This document shows, piece after piece, positions 35,424 to 45,706 of a stretch of DNA of 47,785 bases (positions are counted from its first letter, which is position 1; each line of letters begins with the position of its first letter). Source of the stretch: a virus (lineage: Duplodnaviria; Caudoviricetes); the IMG/VR virus record IMGVR_UViG_3300037458_001078, positions 1 through 47,785 of that record, one strand, 5' to 3'. The notes under the pieces are model-generated. The model was not told where the DNA came from, ran no database searches, and worked only from the letters and a program-made list of their open reading frames with translations. The translations under genes were made by a program, and so were the position numbers.

Positions 35424-36815
35424 TTAGCTTTCCGTTACAATTCCCCAGTCAAGACCAGCCCCATCAAGCACATCTGGCGACACGTAATCAGTCCCTGTTG
35501 GCCTTGTCTCGCAATCCACCCCAGAACCAAGAGAGTCCGTGTACTGATTGCTGTGGGTCTGCTCCTGGCAGCAACGAGTCCAAGTTGACGTTCGCCCAAG
35601 TAGGGTCTTCGTCAAAACCACGTACCCGATGCTCTCCTCGGGCCCATAGCCTCCGGCTTCGTCAAACCACCGACGCTGCGCACGAAGGCCAGACTCCAGA
35701 AAGTCTTCGACCACGCTCATCGAAAATGGTGTGTCCTGTGTGCAGTCGGGCGCATCCACAATCACTACATCCGCGATGTCCTCCTCGTTCGTTGACTCCA
35801 CACAGTCCAACGTATGGGCGGTTTCCGAGCAGTCTGTGAACGCGGCGCCATCGCTCAGTCCAAAGCCCATCAGCATGGCCTCGCCGTCTGCTAGCGCGTG
35901 GGCCAGCGTATAGGGGTCGGAGAGCGTTACCGCGTAAGTAACGACAATCGTTGCGGCCGCCTTGTCAGAGTTGTCCCCAACAACAAAGGTTCCTGTCAGG
36001 CCGTCCTCTGAAATGACCGTATCGTCGTCGTAGAGAATAAGACCCCCAGTGGAAAGCGCCTCCAACGACCGAAGCAATGCGGTCAAGGCAACGTTCTCTC
36101 CGTTAGCATCGTTCGCATCATAGCCCGACGGGAGCGCCGGGCACGGGCATCCCTCCATCGGGGTCGTCGGGGTCAGGCTTGCAAGCGCTGGTTCAACCAG
36201 GTCAACCAGGTCCTCGTCCACCGCGCAGTTGCAATCCGTCACCTTGTTCTGTGTTTGCTCCACAAGAACACTGTCGGTCAGGCACACGCTATCGCACGTG
36301 AGCTTGTGGTAGGCCGGTGGGTAGCCTGGCTTACACCTGAATCCAACCAGCTCGTGGACGGGGAACCACAGCCGAATTGTCCCGTAACGGTTCCCGACTT
36401 GAACCGGCGTCCCTGGGGGATGCCACTCCCCGTCTTCCGTGAGCGTTGTAAGCGCCTGTTCTAACGTCGCCGTAAACGTCGTCGTGGTCCACGTCCAGTT
36501 CGCAGGGCTTCCGTCGTCGTGGTTATAGGCCGTAACGTAGCTGCTACTTCCGAGAGGATACTCGAACGAACCGATGCTATAGTCCCCGCCAGACGGGGTG
36601 TAGGTGGAATCAATGGCCCTCGTCCCCGCATATTGCTCGCGGAGTTCAACAGTAAGCTCCACCGCAATGCGCCGGTACTTGGTCGTATAGACACCAGTGG
36701 AAGGGTTAGCATTCAGCGGCAGAAAACCCGCCCACCGCTTTACCGCCGTCACCCGCAAACCCGCACACAAGCCCAGGTCACGGTTGCAACAGTTGCAATT
36801 GCCTAGGTTTCCCAT
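35424..36815 (-). CDS. Acidic Cys/Thr-rich tail tip or virion protein
   Basis: Position after tape measure and tail genes; CNCC N-terminus. Confidence 0.6.
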   Translation of the reverse strand: MGNLGNCNCCNRDLGLCAGLRVTAVKRWAGFLPLNANPSTGVYTTKYRRIAVELTVELREQYAGTRAIDSTYTPSGGDYSIGSFEYPLGSSSYVTAYNHDDGSPANWTWTTTTFTATLEQALTTLTEDGEWHPPGTPVQVGNRYGTIRLWFPVHELVGFRCKPGYPPAYHKLTCDSVCLTDSVLVEQTQNKVTDCNCAVDEDLVDLVEPALASLTPTTPMEGCPCPALPSGYDANDANGENVALTALLRSLEALSTGGLILYDDDTVISEDGLTGTFVVGDNSDKAAATIVVTYAVTLSDPYTLAHALADGEAMLMGFGLSDGAAFTDCSETAHTLDCVESTNEEDIADVVIVDAPDCTQDTPFSMSVVEDFLESGLRAQRRWFDEAGGYGPEESIGYVVLTKTLLGRTSTWTRCCQEQTHSNQYTDSLGSGVDCETRPTGTDYVSPDVLDGAGLDWGIVTES

Positions 36816-36818
36816 ACC

Positions 36819-37367
36819 CTATGCGAGGCCAATGTTCCCGGTCAGCGCAACAGGTACCCGAAACACCGTCTCTTCTACGCCATAGCAGTAGTCTAGCGTA
36901 ACGCTCCAGATTCGGGGCGGGATATTGAGGTCAATATAGCCTACATCAACGTCATCCACCTCAACCCCCGTGTAGTTCACCTGGGCCACGACCAGATAGT
37001 CTCCCTCCGTGTATGCCGGGGCTACCGCTGGAGCAGCGTGTGGCCACTCCTCCGGCGTCGTTGGCGCTGTTCGAAGCCAGTGGGGTATGGCGACCAGGAT
37101 GTCAGAACCGACAGAATCTCCCGCCGAGTCCACTCGCCGAACCGTCACGTAGTTGCTTGCGAGGTCGTCAACATCTGTGATCTTTGCTATGAAGAACTGG
37201 GAATCGAAGGGCAGGGTCTTCGGGAAGTCAACAACCAGGGTTGTTCCACTAGGGGTTCTCGTGAGCCGGCCACCGATGACGTTGATTAGTGTTACGGAGT
37301 TTATCTCCTGGACAACACGCTTTAGGAACACCGCCAGCTTGGAATCCCCGGTGGGTTCTCGGATCAT
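36819..37367 (-). CDS. Tail-associated protein
   Basis: ATGA-coupled; RLTRTPSGT motif; synteny. Confidence 0.6.
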   Translation of the reverse strand: MIREPTGDSKLAVFLKRVVQEINSVTLINVIGGRLTRTPSGTTLVVDFPKTLPFDSQFFIAKITDVDDLASNYVTVRRVDSAGDSVGSDILVAIPHWLRTAPTTPEEWPHAAPAVAPAYTEGDYLVVAQVNYTGVEVDDVDVGYIDLNIPPRIWSVTLDYCYGVEETVFRVPVALTGNIGLA

Positions 37368-38143
37368 AGGAGAGCACCTCCTGGCAGGATGTCCTTCGCC
37401 CACAGGCCAAACTCGTACTCGATGGAAACTTCCCGCTTCGAGTTCGTCATCCGGAGTGTGGGCATCTGTTTCCACCAACCGTACGTCATGTCAATTCCGC
37501 TGCGACTAACGTCCCCGGTTGGGAAGATGTCCAACGGAACGTAGAAGTTCGGCGGAACCCGCTCGAGCCTGTGCATGGAGGCTTGCGAAAACACCCTTCC
37601 GTGGTTCTGGAAGAGGAGCCTCGAGGCTATGCGAATTGGGATGTAGGAGGAACACTTCAACACCGGAGCAGACACGGGGTAATACTCCACGCCAGCCTTC
37701 AGAAGATTGAAGACCTTTAGACATTCCGTTGAATTATGGGTGAACTCGGGCGGTTCCTGCGGGGGGAGCTTCTCAGACAGCTTGGTGGTGATGTCCGTGA
37801 TGTCTTCCGGGGTCAGAGAATTCACCAGCGTGCAGTCAGACTCCAACAACTTTTTCTGGGTTCTCGAAGCCCCAAGCTCCCAAACGGTATTCTCCTCCGA
37901 AGAAGACCCCGTTCCCCCATCATCCCCGGCTTCTGTCGCCAACGTCCACAATGTTCCCGCCTGCTGGGACAGGGTGTAGCCAACTCCCTGCGCCCGTAAG
38001 AGCGCCGCAATGGTCTGGAGCCGCTCGAGGGTTCCTCGCCAGGTTTGGGTCAGCGTTCCACCCCGGACCGGAGACCACTTATAGGACTGTGGCTGTTCAA
38101 CCGGTCCCTTAGTTCCAAGCATGGTCACACTCATACTAGTCAA
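37364..38143 (-). CDS. Distal tail/hub-like protein
   Basis: Immediately downstream of the tape measure gene. Confidence 0.55.
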   Translation of the reverse strand: MTSMSVTMLGTKGPVEQPQSYKWSPVRGGTLTQTWRGTLERLQTIAALLRAQGVGYTLSQQAGTLWTLATEAGDDGGTGSSSEENTVWELGASRTQKKLLESDCTLVNSLTPEDITDITTKLSEKLPPQEPPEFTHNSTECLKVFNLLKAGVEYYPVSAPVLKCSSYIPIRIASRLLFQNHGRVFSQASMHRLERVPPNFYVPLDIFPTGDVSRSGIDMTYGWWKQMPTLRMTNSKREVSIEYEFGLWAKDILPGGALL

Positions 38144-39401
38144 GCCCCAAATCGTCAGTCAATTTATCAGACAATCCCGCGATCCCATCGTTGATCTCCG
38201 ACAACAGCCGGTTCGTTTCCTCCCCGATTTGTTCCAGAGCATTGCGTCCAGAGCCCAGGAAGTTGCCGACCCGGACCAACTCATCGGCGTCCGACTTGAA
38301 TTTCTTCCCCGCGTCCCTCTTCTCTTCAATGCCATCAAATCCTGGCAACGAACTCATCGCCTTCCGGCGGGCATTCTTGGCGGCAACATCGTCCTTCAGC
38401 CCTTGAATCATGGCCTGCCAGGCGGTTGTTTCAGAGTCGTGTACTTCGCCGGCCGAGGCATAGTCGAACTTCTTTCCCGACAGTGCCCAGTCGCCGAGAA
38501 AGCCTCCAAAAAGGGAGATCATCTTGTCCTTCTGGGCATCCCACGCATCGCTCGTTGTGTCCGCACCGAAGATGTTACCTGCCATATCGGCAGCGTAGTT
38601 CGGAAGAAACCGAAGAGCACCCTTCACCCAGTCTTCCGTGCCCCACTCCGAAGTCCCCGCCCCGAGGAACCCGCTGTTGGCCTTCAGTTTTCCGACCATC
38701 CGAACAATCCCCTCGATGGTCCAGATGATGGCGGGTGCCAAGTTGGCCCGAAGGACAGTTGAGAGAACCGTAAATTCGTCCCCTATCATGTCGAGTTGCT
38801 CAACAACCTCCTCCGAAACCACAGCACCAACCTTCCGTGCCTCCTGCGCCTTGTTTAAGGCACCGTCAGCAAAGGCTCCCGCCAGTTTCCCACCTGTCCT
38901 CACACCAAGTTTAGCAAGAGACGCCGTCAGTGCCTGGGTGTTTCCGGTCTCAAATGCCTTCCCGATCTGCGCGAGCATTGGCTCCGCTCGTCCCTTCAAC
39001 ATGTCTAGCTCAATTCCGAAGCTAGCTCGGAAGACCTCCCGGATTTCCTCCCCACGTTTTCCACCCTTTAGGGCCGTGACTCGCGCCTTGTTCAGTTTCT
39101 CCGTAAACTTAGCAAGATCCTCCATCGAGGCACCACTCTGTTTTAGCCCGTAGTCCATCTCCTGTAGCCACTCCGTAGAAACGCCCAGAGACGTCGCGAC
39201 ATCGGTGAGAGAACCCGCCCAATCGATGGTTGACTTTACGGCTGCGGTGATTGATCCAACAGCAAATGCCCCGGCAATGGCCGAACGGAGGTTGGCAAAC
39301 GGGGCGCCAGCAAGGCGGTTGATCTTCCCTTCAAAGCGATCTAGCGTGACGAACGCTCCTGAGCCATCGACTTTTAGCTTAACTATGAGGTCCTTAGCCA
39401 T
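38136..39401 (-). CDS. Tape measure protein (short, 421 aa)
   Basis: L.VKL.VDGS N-terminus, LGVSTEWLQ motif, Ala/Gly-rich helical composition. Confidence 0.8.
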   Translation of the reverse strand: MAKDLIVKLKVDGSGAFVTLDRFEGKINRLAGAPFANLRSAIAGAFAVGSITAAVKSTIDWAGSLTDVATSLGVSTEWLQEMDYGLKQSGASMEDLAKFTEKLNKARVTALKGGKRGEEIREVFRASFGIELDMLKGRAEPMLAQIGKAFETGNTQALTASLAKLGVRTGGKLAGAFADGALNKAQEARKVGAVVSEEVVEQLDMIGDEFTVLSTVLRANLAPAIIWTIEGIVRMVGKLKANSGFLGAGTSEWGTEDWVKGALRFLPNYAADMAGNIFGADTTSDAWDAQKDKMISLFGGFLGDWALSGKKFDYASAGEVHDSETTAWQAMIQGLKDDVAAKNARRKAMSSLPGFDGIEEKRDAGKKFKSDADELVRVGNFLGSGRNALEQIGEETNRLLSEINDGIAGLSDKLTDDLGLD

Positions 39402-39402
39402 A

Positions 39403-40272
39403 TTACCCCCAAGTACCTACGCCCCAGCGGGGCGGTTTCCCGTCCTCCAGAGGTCCGCTGGACGGCTTTCGGGAGCCGGGGGAGGAGTTTCCCTCCGCCG
39501 GGTTCCCGGACGGTCCTGGAGGGGTTCCAGGGCTCCCGGACGCCGGTTTCGGGCCCACCGGGGCAGGGGAAGCCGGTTTTTCGTCCTCCAGGGGTCCGCT
39601 GGACGGGTTTTTAGGGTCCCGGGAGGAGTTTCCCTCCGCCCCCAGGTCGGGTTCCGTCTGCGCAATCTCCTCCTCCGTCATAAAAGAGATGGCTCCAAGG
39701 TGTTCCGCCTTGCGGAAGAAATGGATCATCGCCTCGCGGAAGGGCATTTCCAGCGCCTCATCCCGGGTAAAACCCGAGTTCGTAAGGGTGAGGACCACGT
39801 TCTGAGCCCAGTCGCCGCCCGTCTCCTTCGGTTCCTTGTCGAACCAGACTCGGGGCATCTCCGTTGACTCCTTGATATACCGCAACAGTAGGTCAACTTT
39901 CTCCCCCAGGTCAAAGTTCCCCACCTTCTTGGCCCACTGGTACACAGCGTATCGGGCCGTGTCGTACCCCAACACCCGTTTCGGCGTAAGACCAAGGACG
40001 TAGGAGATGTATGCCCAGGGGTAGCGCCAAAACGAAAGGGACTCCGCGGAATCCAGGAACTCGGAGAATTCCTTGAACCCCATGGAGCACACTAACGACA
40101 TCAGGACAACATCGTCTCGAGTAGCAACCCCGCTCTCGTCCCGGACGAAAGCACAGTCCAGCCGCTGGAGCCAGATGTAGTGGCCCAACGAGAGCGGGCG
40201 GAGCCTTCGCCCCAACACCACGTAGGGTGTTGGGAGAATGGCCTCGACGAAACTATTGGGGTTGGTCCTCAA
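39403..40272 (-). CDS. Tail assembly chaperone-like protein with C-terminal repeat A extension
   Basis: Between tail tube and tape measure; LRPLSLGH and EALEMP motifs. Confidence 0.6.
   Translation of the reverse strand: MRTNPNSFVEAILPTPYVVLGRRLRPLSLGHYIWLQRLDCAFVRDESGVATRDDVVLMSLVCSMGFKEFSEFLDSAESLSFWRYPWAYISYVLGLTPKRVLGYDTARYAVYQWAKKVGNFDLGEKVDLLLRYIKESTEMPRVWFDKEPKETGGDWAQNVVLTLTNSGFTRDEALEMPFREAMIHFFRKAEHLGAISFMTEEEIAQTEPDLGAEGNSSRDPKNPSSGPLEDEKPASPAPVGPKPASGSPGTPPGPSGNPAEGNSSPGSRKPSSGPLEDGKPPRWGVGTWG
39433..39640. repeat. Two tandem in-frame copies of repeat A (141-nt period)
   Basis: Same 141-nt unit as 20539-20680. Confidence 0.95.
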
Positions 40273-40688
40273 CTGGCAGCAGCGGTAATGCCTGCATGCG
40301 CTTCGAGAGCCAGCGTGATTTTGGCCGCGTTGTTCGAACCCTTGGTAATCTTCGGCTCACCGACGACCACCCAGTTCGTCTTCACGAGGGCTGGTAGGTT
40401 CTCACACGCCGTGATGACGACGAGGGTTCCAACATCGGGAATCGTTGTATTCGAGATTGCGTTCGCCTTCGTGGATCCCTTGGGAACATACTCCAGGGAC
40501 GCTTTCTCCCCGGGATTGTAGAACGTCCGGTTCACAAGGGCACCTTCCCCGTCACGAACCTGCTCCTCGTCTGCGCTCTTCGAGTAATCCGAAGACTGCA
40601 GGAACATTTTTCCGGTGAGGAGAGACGACGCAATTCCGTCAGTTCCTGCGAACCCGAAATTGACAGCGGCACCAAGTTGCGTAGGCAT
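40269..40688 (-). CDS. Probable tail tube protein
   Basis: Size, composition and position before the chaperone and tape measure. Confidence 0.6.
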   Translation of the reverse strand: MPTQLGAAVNFGFAGTDGIASSLLTGKMFLQSSDYSKSADEEQVRDGEGALVNRTFYNPGEKASLEYVPKGSTKANAISNTTIPDVGTLVVITACENLPALVKTNWVVVGEPKITKGSNNAAKITLALEAHAGITAAAS

Positions 40689-40704
40689 GAGTTAAGTCCT
40701 TTCG

Positions 40705-41073
40705 TTATGGTTCCGTTACAATGAATGACACCCAACACGCAGAACCATTTGCGCGAAGGTAAATCGTTGTGGTCCCAGCCGGGCAGGGGACATACGTCCC
40801 GTCCTGTGCCTCGAGCTTGGCAAACTTGTTCGTCCCACCAGAGTCCCACGCCAGCTCGACGTAGTTAGTTTCATCCTCGTTGTAGAACGCCGCTCGTTCA
40901 ATGGACGACAGGGACACGACCGACAGCGCCTGCCAGGAGCCGGTGGCAACTTGTTGGCGGGAGGAGTGGGCACGGCCAGTCAGGTCTCCGACGAACTGAC
41001 CACGAAGCTGCAAGGCGTGGCCGGCCGAGGGCTGAATAACCAACTCGAAGGATGCTCGTTTTTCGTTTGCCAT
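40705..41073 (-). CDS. Putative virion protein
   Basis: Structural operon; N.D.TNYVEL motif. Confidence 0.55.
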   Translation of the reverse strand: MANEKRASFELVIQPSAGHALQLRGQFVGDLTGRAHSSRQQVATGSWQALSVVSLSSIERAAFYNEDETNYVELAWDSGGTNKFAKLEAQDGTYVPCPAGTTTIYLRANGSACWVSFIVTEP

Positions 41074-41076
41074 AGG

Positions 41077-41577
41077 TCAGACCTCACACTTTGCCAAGAA
41101 GCTCAAATCGTAGCTAAACATGCCGCTGTCCCAGTTCGTAATGACGCCACCCGTGTGGGTAAGTGCCCGAACCGTTTCATCGGCTCCAACAGAAGTGACC
41201 AGCTGGACGACACCCTCCAAAAACTCATACAGAGTTTCGGTCGTTCCATCGGGAAGGAGTATTTCCCCGTTAGGCAGCAGCGCCTCCGTATCGCCCAGGG
41301 GGAGGGAGTCCATCACAAACTTGTTCGGGTGCATGTAGAACCGGATGGCCACGTCCGCGGACTGGAGCGTAGTTGCCCCTTCAATCTCAGACACCTCCTG
41401 GGCTAGCGGGGTCCACCCAAAGATGGGTTGTACCGCTAGACAGAATCCAACCGTTGACAAGAGGTCGTCAATCCTCGAGTCTCCGTATCCGTAGTCAACA
41501 AAGCTAACCACCCCGCCAACGTTCCCGTTGAGAAGCGCCGAGTGGACAGCCGGAAGGACTTCGTGTAGCTTAAGCAT
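41077..41577 (-). CDS. Putative tail terminator/completion protein
   Basis: Synteny; acidic. Confidence 0.5.
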   Translation of the reverse strand: MLKLHEVLPAVHSALLNGNVGGVVSFVDYGYGDSRIDDLLSTVGFCLAVQPIFGWTPLAQEVSEIEGATTLQSADVAIRFYMHPNKFVMDSLPLGDTEALLPNGEILLPDGTTETLYEFLEGVVQLVTSVGADETVRALTHTGGVITNWDSGMFSYDLSFLAKCEV

Positions 41578-42256
41578 TGATCCACTCCTTCTCCATGCGC
41601 TGAGCGATGTAGGCCAACATGTCCCGCTCGCGGTCTCGGAATGCCTGATCGATCGCAGCCGCTCCCTTCTGCGTTTCAAGTCCGCGGACTGCTCCCGCAG
41701 ACAACTTAGAAAGCTCGGCCGACCACGTCATCAAGAACGCAGACCCCTGGGCGTCGGTCTTCAACCCAGCCGTCGAAAGGGTCTCTCCAGTCTGGCGCGA
41801 CACCACGCGAGCCAGCCCTGAAATCTGTCCAGCAAACCGGGCGGAAAATGCGAGAAAGCCACGCGCCCGTTCCCGGTATCGGAGCTCCAGCTTCGCCATC
41901 ATCTCATACAACGCATCACCGGTGTCCCAGCCGTTCGCCCGAAGAGACGCAAGCTCCTTCCGAAGCCGTCGGTCCCGCTGGGAGTTTTTCGGGGGAGCTT
42001 TGGCTAGGGTTGAGATAGAACCCTGCTGAATACTCTGCCGAATGCGGAGACCCTCCCCTCGGCGAAAGGCAGCCATCCGGTCCGTCGTAACCGAACCCGG
42101 CTCCGGAGCAATTTCTCGAAGACGGCGGGCGATATCAAAAGACAGCTTCCGGCCCTGGAGCAGCAGGGCATCTTGCACGCTCCGGCCATCTTTCCTACAC
42201 CACGCACGAATGAACGTGCGGAGGGTCTGGCTGAACTGTTCGTGGTTAGAGGTCAC
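41570..42256 (-). CDS. Putative neck/tail completion protein
   Basis: Basic protein; synteny; GTGA coupling. Confidence 0.5.
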   Translation of the reverse strand: MTSNHEQFSQTLRTFIRAWCRKDGRSVQDALLLQGRKLSFDIARRLREIAPEPGSVTTDRMAAFRRGEGLRIRQSIQQGSISTLAKAPPKNSQRDRRLRKELASLRANGWDTGDALYEMMAKLELRYRERARGFLAFSARFAGQISGLARVVSRQTGETLSTAGLKTDAQGSAFLMTWSAELSKLSAGAVRGLETQKGAAAIDQAFRDRERDMLAYIAQRMEKEWINA

Positions 42257-42573
42257 AGCTTTTTGCAGTAAGCTACCCAGTTTTGACCGATGTCCTCAAC
42301 GTGACTCACCAGATACTGCACGTTATCCACACCCTGCAGCAAAGACCCAACAACCACATTGGTGTTCCGGAGAAACTCCAAGACCGCAGCTCCCCGACGA
42401 CCGTAGTTGACCTTGGACCGGTCCAGCTTCTTTAGCTCTGCCTCGCCTCGGACATGCGTAACTATGCACCTAACAGGCGAGGCTGCGGCATTTACAAACC
42501 GCAGGTCCTCCCCCGCGACGGACAGCAGCGTCTCGAAGGAGGACCTGAGGATGATGTTGGACGGAATGCTCAC
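42253..42573 (-). CDS. Putative head closure/head-tail joining protein
   Basis: About 106 aa, beta-rich; synteny. Confidence 0.5.
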   Translation of the reverse strand: MSIPSNIILRSSFETLLSVAGEDLRFVNAAASPVRCIVTHVRGEAELKKLDRSKVNYGRRGAAVLEFLRNTNVVVGSLLQGVDNVQYLVSHVEDIGQNWVAYCKKL

Positions 42574-43046
42574 CGACCGTAGAGGAGACGAAGTCCCACC
42601 GTCACCGTAGCGTTCGTAAGAGACGAACTCGCCGACGCGTTGGTGACGTAGTGGATTTTCGTGTAGGCACCAAACGCAACAGGGATGTTTGTGCCCCAGC
42701 TTCCGGTCACCCCAGCATTGGTACTAGGAGGCGTCCAGATGACCGTGCGGTAAGGCGACTCCCAGGTCTGCCCATCAATGGAGTGGGAGTAAACAATCCG
42801 GAGGGACGGTTCCCCCGCCGCTGTTGCGCTCGCGACGCCAGACACTTGGACGTCAAACGACGTCACCTTCCGGGTGTCAATCGTCGCCGTGGTGTTCAAG
42901 TTGACAGCGGAGTTCGTCAGAATCCCGGAGCTGAGCAACGTGATAGGCGCATAGGTAGCGCCCGGTTGAGCCTGGGCGGGCGAAGCCAACGCCAGGGTTA
43001 CGACAATGACCCCGAGGGCCATGAGTTTGAGTGTGAGTGTTTTCAT
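42570..43046 (-). CDS. Signal-peptide-bearing protein in the head operon (decoration-like)
   Basis: [27 protein letters not shown] classical Sec signal. Confidence 0.7.
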   Translation of the reverse strand: MKTLTLKLMALGVIVVTLALASPAQAQPGATYAPITLLSSGILTNSAVNLNTTATIDTRKVTSFDVQVSGVASATAAGEPSLRIVYSHSIDGQTWESPYRTVIWTPPSTNAGVTGSWGTNIPVAFGAYTKIHYVTNASASSSLTNATVTVGLRLLYGR

Positions 43047-43088
43047 ACGAGTGTTGTGTGTTTGTTTCTTCGCGACGACCGTCGCAAA

Positions 43089-43358
43089 TTACTTCTTGGC
43101 CTCTTCCTTCTTGGCCTCTTCCTTCTTGGCCTCTTCCTTCTTCGGAGGGGGAGGCGGAATGTGCCGGGCAGCCTTGAGAGCCATCCGCTCCAGCGGAAAC
43201 ACCGCCAGGAAGCCTGGACCCTTGTCAGGGAACTTGACCTTGGCTTCACCCACGAGGCGAAGCTGCTCCGCAAAGAGGACCTCGGGACCATGGACGATGA
43301 CCGGAGTCCCGTTGAGTTGTGGGCTAGTAAAGCCCAGGGTAACAGAGAATTTATTCAT
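43089..43358 (-). CDS. Small capsid-adjacent protein with (KKEEA)n tail
   Basis: Follows the capsid gene; 15-bp tandem repeats. Confidence 0.65.
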   Translation of the reverse strand: MNKFSVTLGFTSPQLNGTPVIVHGPEVLFAEQLRLVGEAKVKFPDKGPGFLAVFPLERMALKAARHIPPPPPKKEEAKKEEAKKEEAKK

Positions 43359-43382
43359 AGTATTGAAAGCGGGACCAGGGTT

Positions 43383-43414
43383 GGACCCGCCCGCCCATCA
43401 CAACGGGCGGGTCC
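43383..43414 (-). promoter_or_regulatory. GC-rich hairpin downstream of the capsid gene (mRNA stabiliser/attenuator)
   Basis: 11-bp stem GGACCCGCCCG/CGGGCGGGTCC with no U-tract. Confidence 0.5.
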
Positions 43415-43433
43415 GTTCCCTGAACCCACCAAT

Positions 43434-45665
43434 TTAGTTGGCCTTCAAGAAGATGCCTGCGGTCGTGTCGAGCTTGGCGGCGCCAAACATCGCATCGAAC
43501 GAGCACCACATGGCACGAGACGCCGTGCTGAACCACAGATACACGGCGAACGACAGACCCACCTCGGGGACTTCCGCGGTGGACTCGTTGAGAATCCCGC
43601 CTGGGATTTGCTGCCCCACCTGGGGCGGAGTGAGCGGGAGACCCGCAACAGCGCCGAGCGCCTGGCGGTGGCAGGCGAACCCGCGACAGCCAGCCCCAGC
43701 CCCGGACCACTCCGTGTTAAGGTGGAGACCGTCCCACCCATAGTTCCGGACGATATCGTCAGACCCGTTGCGGACACCCGTCTGGAACATCGTCGGCACA
43801 TTGAGGAGCTGAGCGATGAACTCACCATCCAACATGGCGTGGCGTTCATCGGCCTTCTTGAGAGCACCCCACAAGAGCGCCATGTCAGACCACCCGAAGG
43901 CTCCCGGCGGAGTAATGTAGCTTCCACCGTTGTAGTTGGCGAAGTTGGCCTCAGTGATGTCCGCCGTGGCAACCTGGATGAGCTTGTTGGCGAACGCCGC
44001 CATATTCACGCGAACAAGGTCCTCCATCCGAAGACCGCTGTTGAGGTCATCGTTGCTGACGTGGAATGGTTGCGTGTACTGGTTGACAGCAATCGGAGCG
44101 TTGGTAACCACCGAATTCCCAGACTCGAAGTTCGTCGCGTTGGTCTGGGTCGTACTGCCACCCGTCACCTTCTTGACCTGACCGGTGGAGCGGGGCTTGT
44201 AGCGATCCGTGCTGAAGTCGCGAGTGAATGCCTTGAGAGCGGCCAGGCGATTCTGCAGCGGGGTCACCGCACCTTCAATCAAGAAGGCTGTCACCAGCGT
44301 GCTGCTGTAAGTGTTGGCGGCAACCGGAGAAGCGCCACCCATGCGGGCAGCGTACGGATTGACGATGCGATTCTCACCGCGAGCATCGCGAACCAGGGCG
44401 TCCTGGATGAGTTCGTTCCAGTCGCGAGTGAGACGAGAGAACCGTTCACCCTTCGGGAGCTTGAAGATGGGCTCCAGCGGGGACTCCGCACCCAGGGTCA
44501 CGACGGTTCCGCTGACCACGGGGGCAGCCAAGGCGGGCTGGCGCTGACGGAGCGTGCCCAACACCGTCTCGTCGTTGAGAGCGGCACTGACCAGGAACGT
44601 ACGCTCAGGCTTGGTCACCCGACCCTCGGCGATAAGGCCATCAATGGCACCCTCCACCTCCCGACGACGAATCGCCTGGAGCGCAGCGGAGAGCTGCTGA
44701 ATCTGGCCGGTCAGGTCCACCTGGGGAGCCGCAGCCACCGGGGGAGCCTGGGGGACCACAGCCACCGGGGGAGCCGGGGGAGCAACCTTCTGTTTGTTGA
44801 ACGCGGTGGATAGCGCTGCAAGGATTTGCTCTTCGCTTGCATCGTCACCGATGGTAACGCCCATAGCACGAAGCTGGGCGATCAGTTTGGTCTTATCCAT
44901 AATGTGTTGACTGTTGTTTGTTGAGCTCCTTGCAGGAGCGTTGCTGGCACCACCACGCAGCGATGCCAAATTCTTGTAGCGGCTTGCGAACACCCTCGAG
45001 GGAGTAAGCCCAATCGGTGTTTCGCATTCATCGGAGTCGCCTTCATCCGCCAGGCCGAAGGTCACTGCCTCCGTTCCGCGATACCAGGTTTCGCTCTTCA
45101 TCGCCCGCCGAATTTCGGGCAGGTCCTTCCCGGTCTTCGCGGCATAAATCTCCGCCAACATTTCATCATGCTCTTCCAGCATGTAGGCCTGCTGTCGCAT
45201 CACGTCCGCGTCCCCCTGGGCGAAAGTCCACGCATTGTGGATCATCCATATGGCCGACCGCGGACTAACAACCTTACCGGCTGCGAGCGGGATGACAGAG
45301 GCGATGGAGACAGCGTAACCATCAATGACCGCAACACAGTCCGCTCGCCGTTCCCGGATGGCGTTATACATGGCGAGGCCATCCATAATGGAGCCACCTT
45401 CCGAGTTGACGCGGACCTCAAACTTTGTTCCTTGTGGGATGACTTGAAGGGCATTGCAGAACTCCTTGCTGGTAATACCATTTTCGTCGAAAAAGCTACC
45501 CCCAATCTGTCCGTGTAGGTAAAGCCTGGCCGGGACCGCATCGTCCTCCGCACACACAAGCTCGAGACGATTATTCTGTGCCTGCGCGTCCTTCCCAAGT
45601 TCACGGACTGCATCCGCCGAAGGCTTGGCCGGACGGTCAACGAACTTCTGGTTAAGTAATTTCAT
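43434..45665 (-). CDS. ClpP-type head maturation protease-scaffold-major capsid fusion
   Basis: VNSEGGS, DGYAVSIASVI, MIHNAW protease motifs; Pro/Ala-rich scaffold; C-terminal capsid-like domain. Confidence 0.88.
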   Translation of the reverse strand: MKLLNQKFVDRPAKPSADAVRELGKDAQAQNNRLELVCAEDDAVPARLYLHGQIGGSFFDENGITSKEFCNALQVIPQGTKFEVRVNSEGGSIMDGLAMYNAIRERRADCVAVIDGYAVSIASVIPLAAGKVVSPRSAIWMIHNAWTFAQGDADVMRQQAYMLEEHDEMLAEIYAAKTGKDLPEIRRAMKSETWYRGTEAVTFGLADEGDSDECETPIGLTPSRVFASRYKNLASLRGGASNAPARSSTNNSQHIMDKTKLIAQLRAMGVTIGDDASEEQILAALSTAFNKQKVAPPAPPVAVVPQAPPVAAAPQVDLTGQIQQLSAALQAIRRREVEGAIDGLIAEGRVTKPERTFLVSAALNDETVLGTLRQRQPALAAPVVSGTVVTLGAESPLEPIFKLPKGERFSRLTRDWNELIQDALVRDARGENRIVNPYAARMGGASPVAANTYSSTLVTAFLIEGAVTPLQNRLAALKAFTRDFSTDRYKPRSTGQVKKVTGGSTTQTNATNFESGNSVVTNAPIAVNQYTQPFHVSNDDLNSGLRMEDLVRVNMAAFANKLIQVATADITEANFANYNGGSYITPPGAFGWSDMALLWGALKKADERHAMLDGEFIAQLLNVPTMFQTGVRNGSDDIVRNYGWDGLHLNTEWSGAGAGCRGFACHRQALGAVAGLPLTPPQVGQQIPGGILNESTAEVPEVGLSFAVYLWFSTASRAMWCSFDAMFGAAKLDTTAGIFLKAN

Positions 45666-45701
45666 GTGCTCAAAAGATACACGGATTTTTCAAAATGGAA
45701 A
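45666..45701 (-). promoter_or_regulatory. Putative near-leaderless promoter for the protease-capsid gene
   Basis: TTTCCA-16 nt-TATCTT-8 nt-ATG in an AT-rich intergenic gap. Confidence 0.4.
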
Positions 45702-45706
45702 GTAAT

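Noticed and set aside
42651-44813. 720-aa plus-strand ORF
   Set aside because: Antisense shadow of the capsid and neighbouring genes
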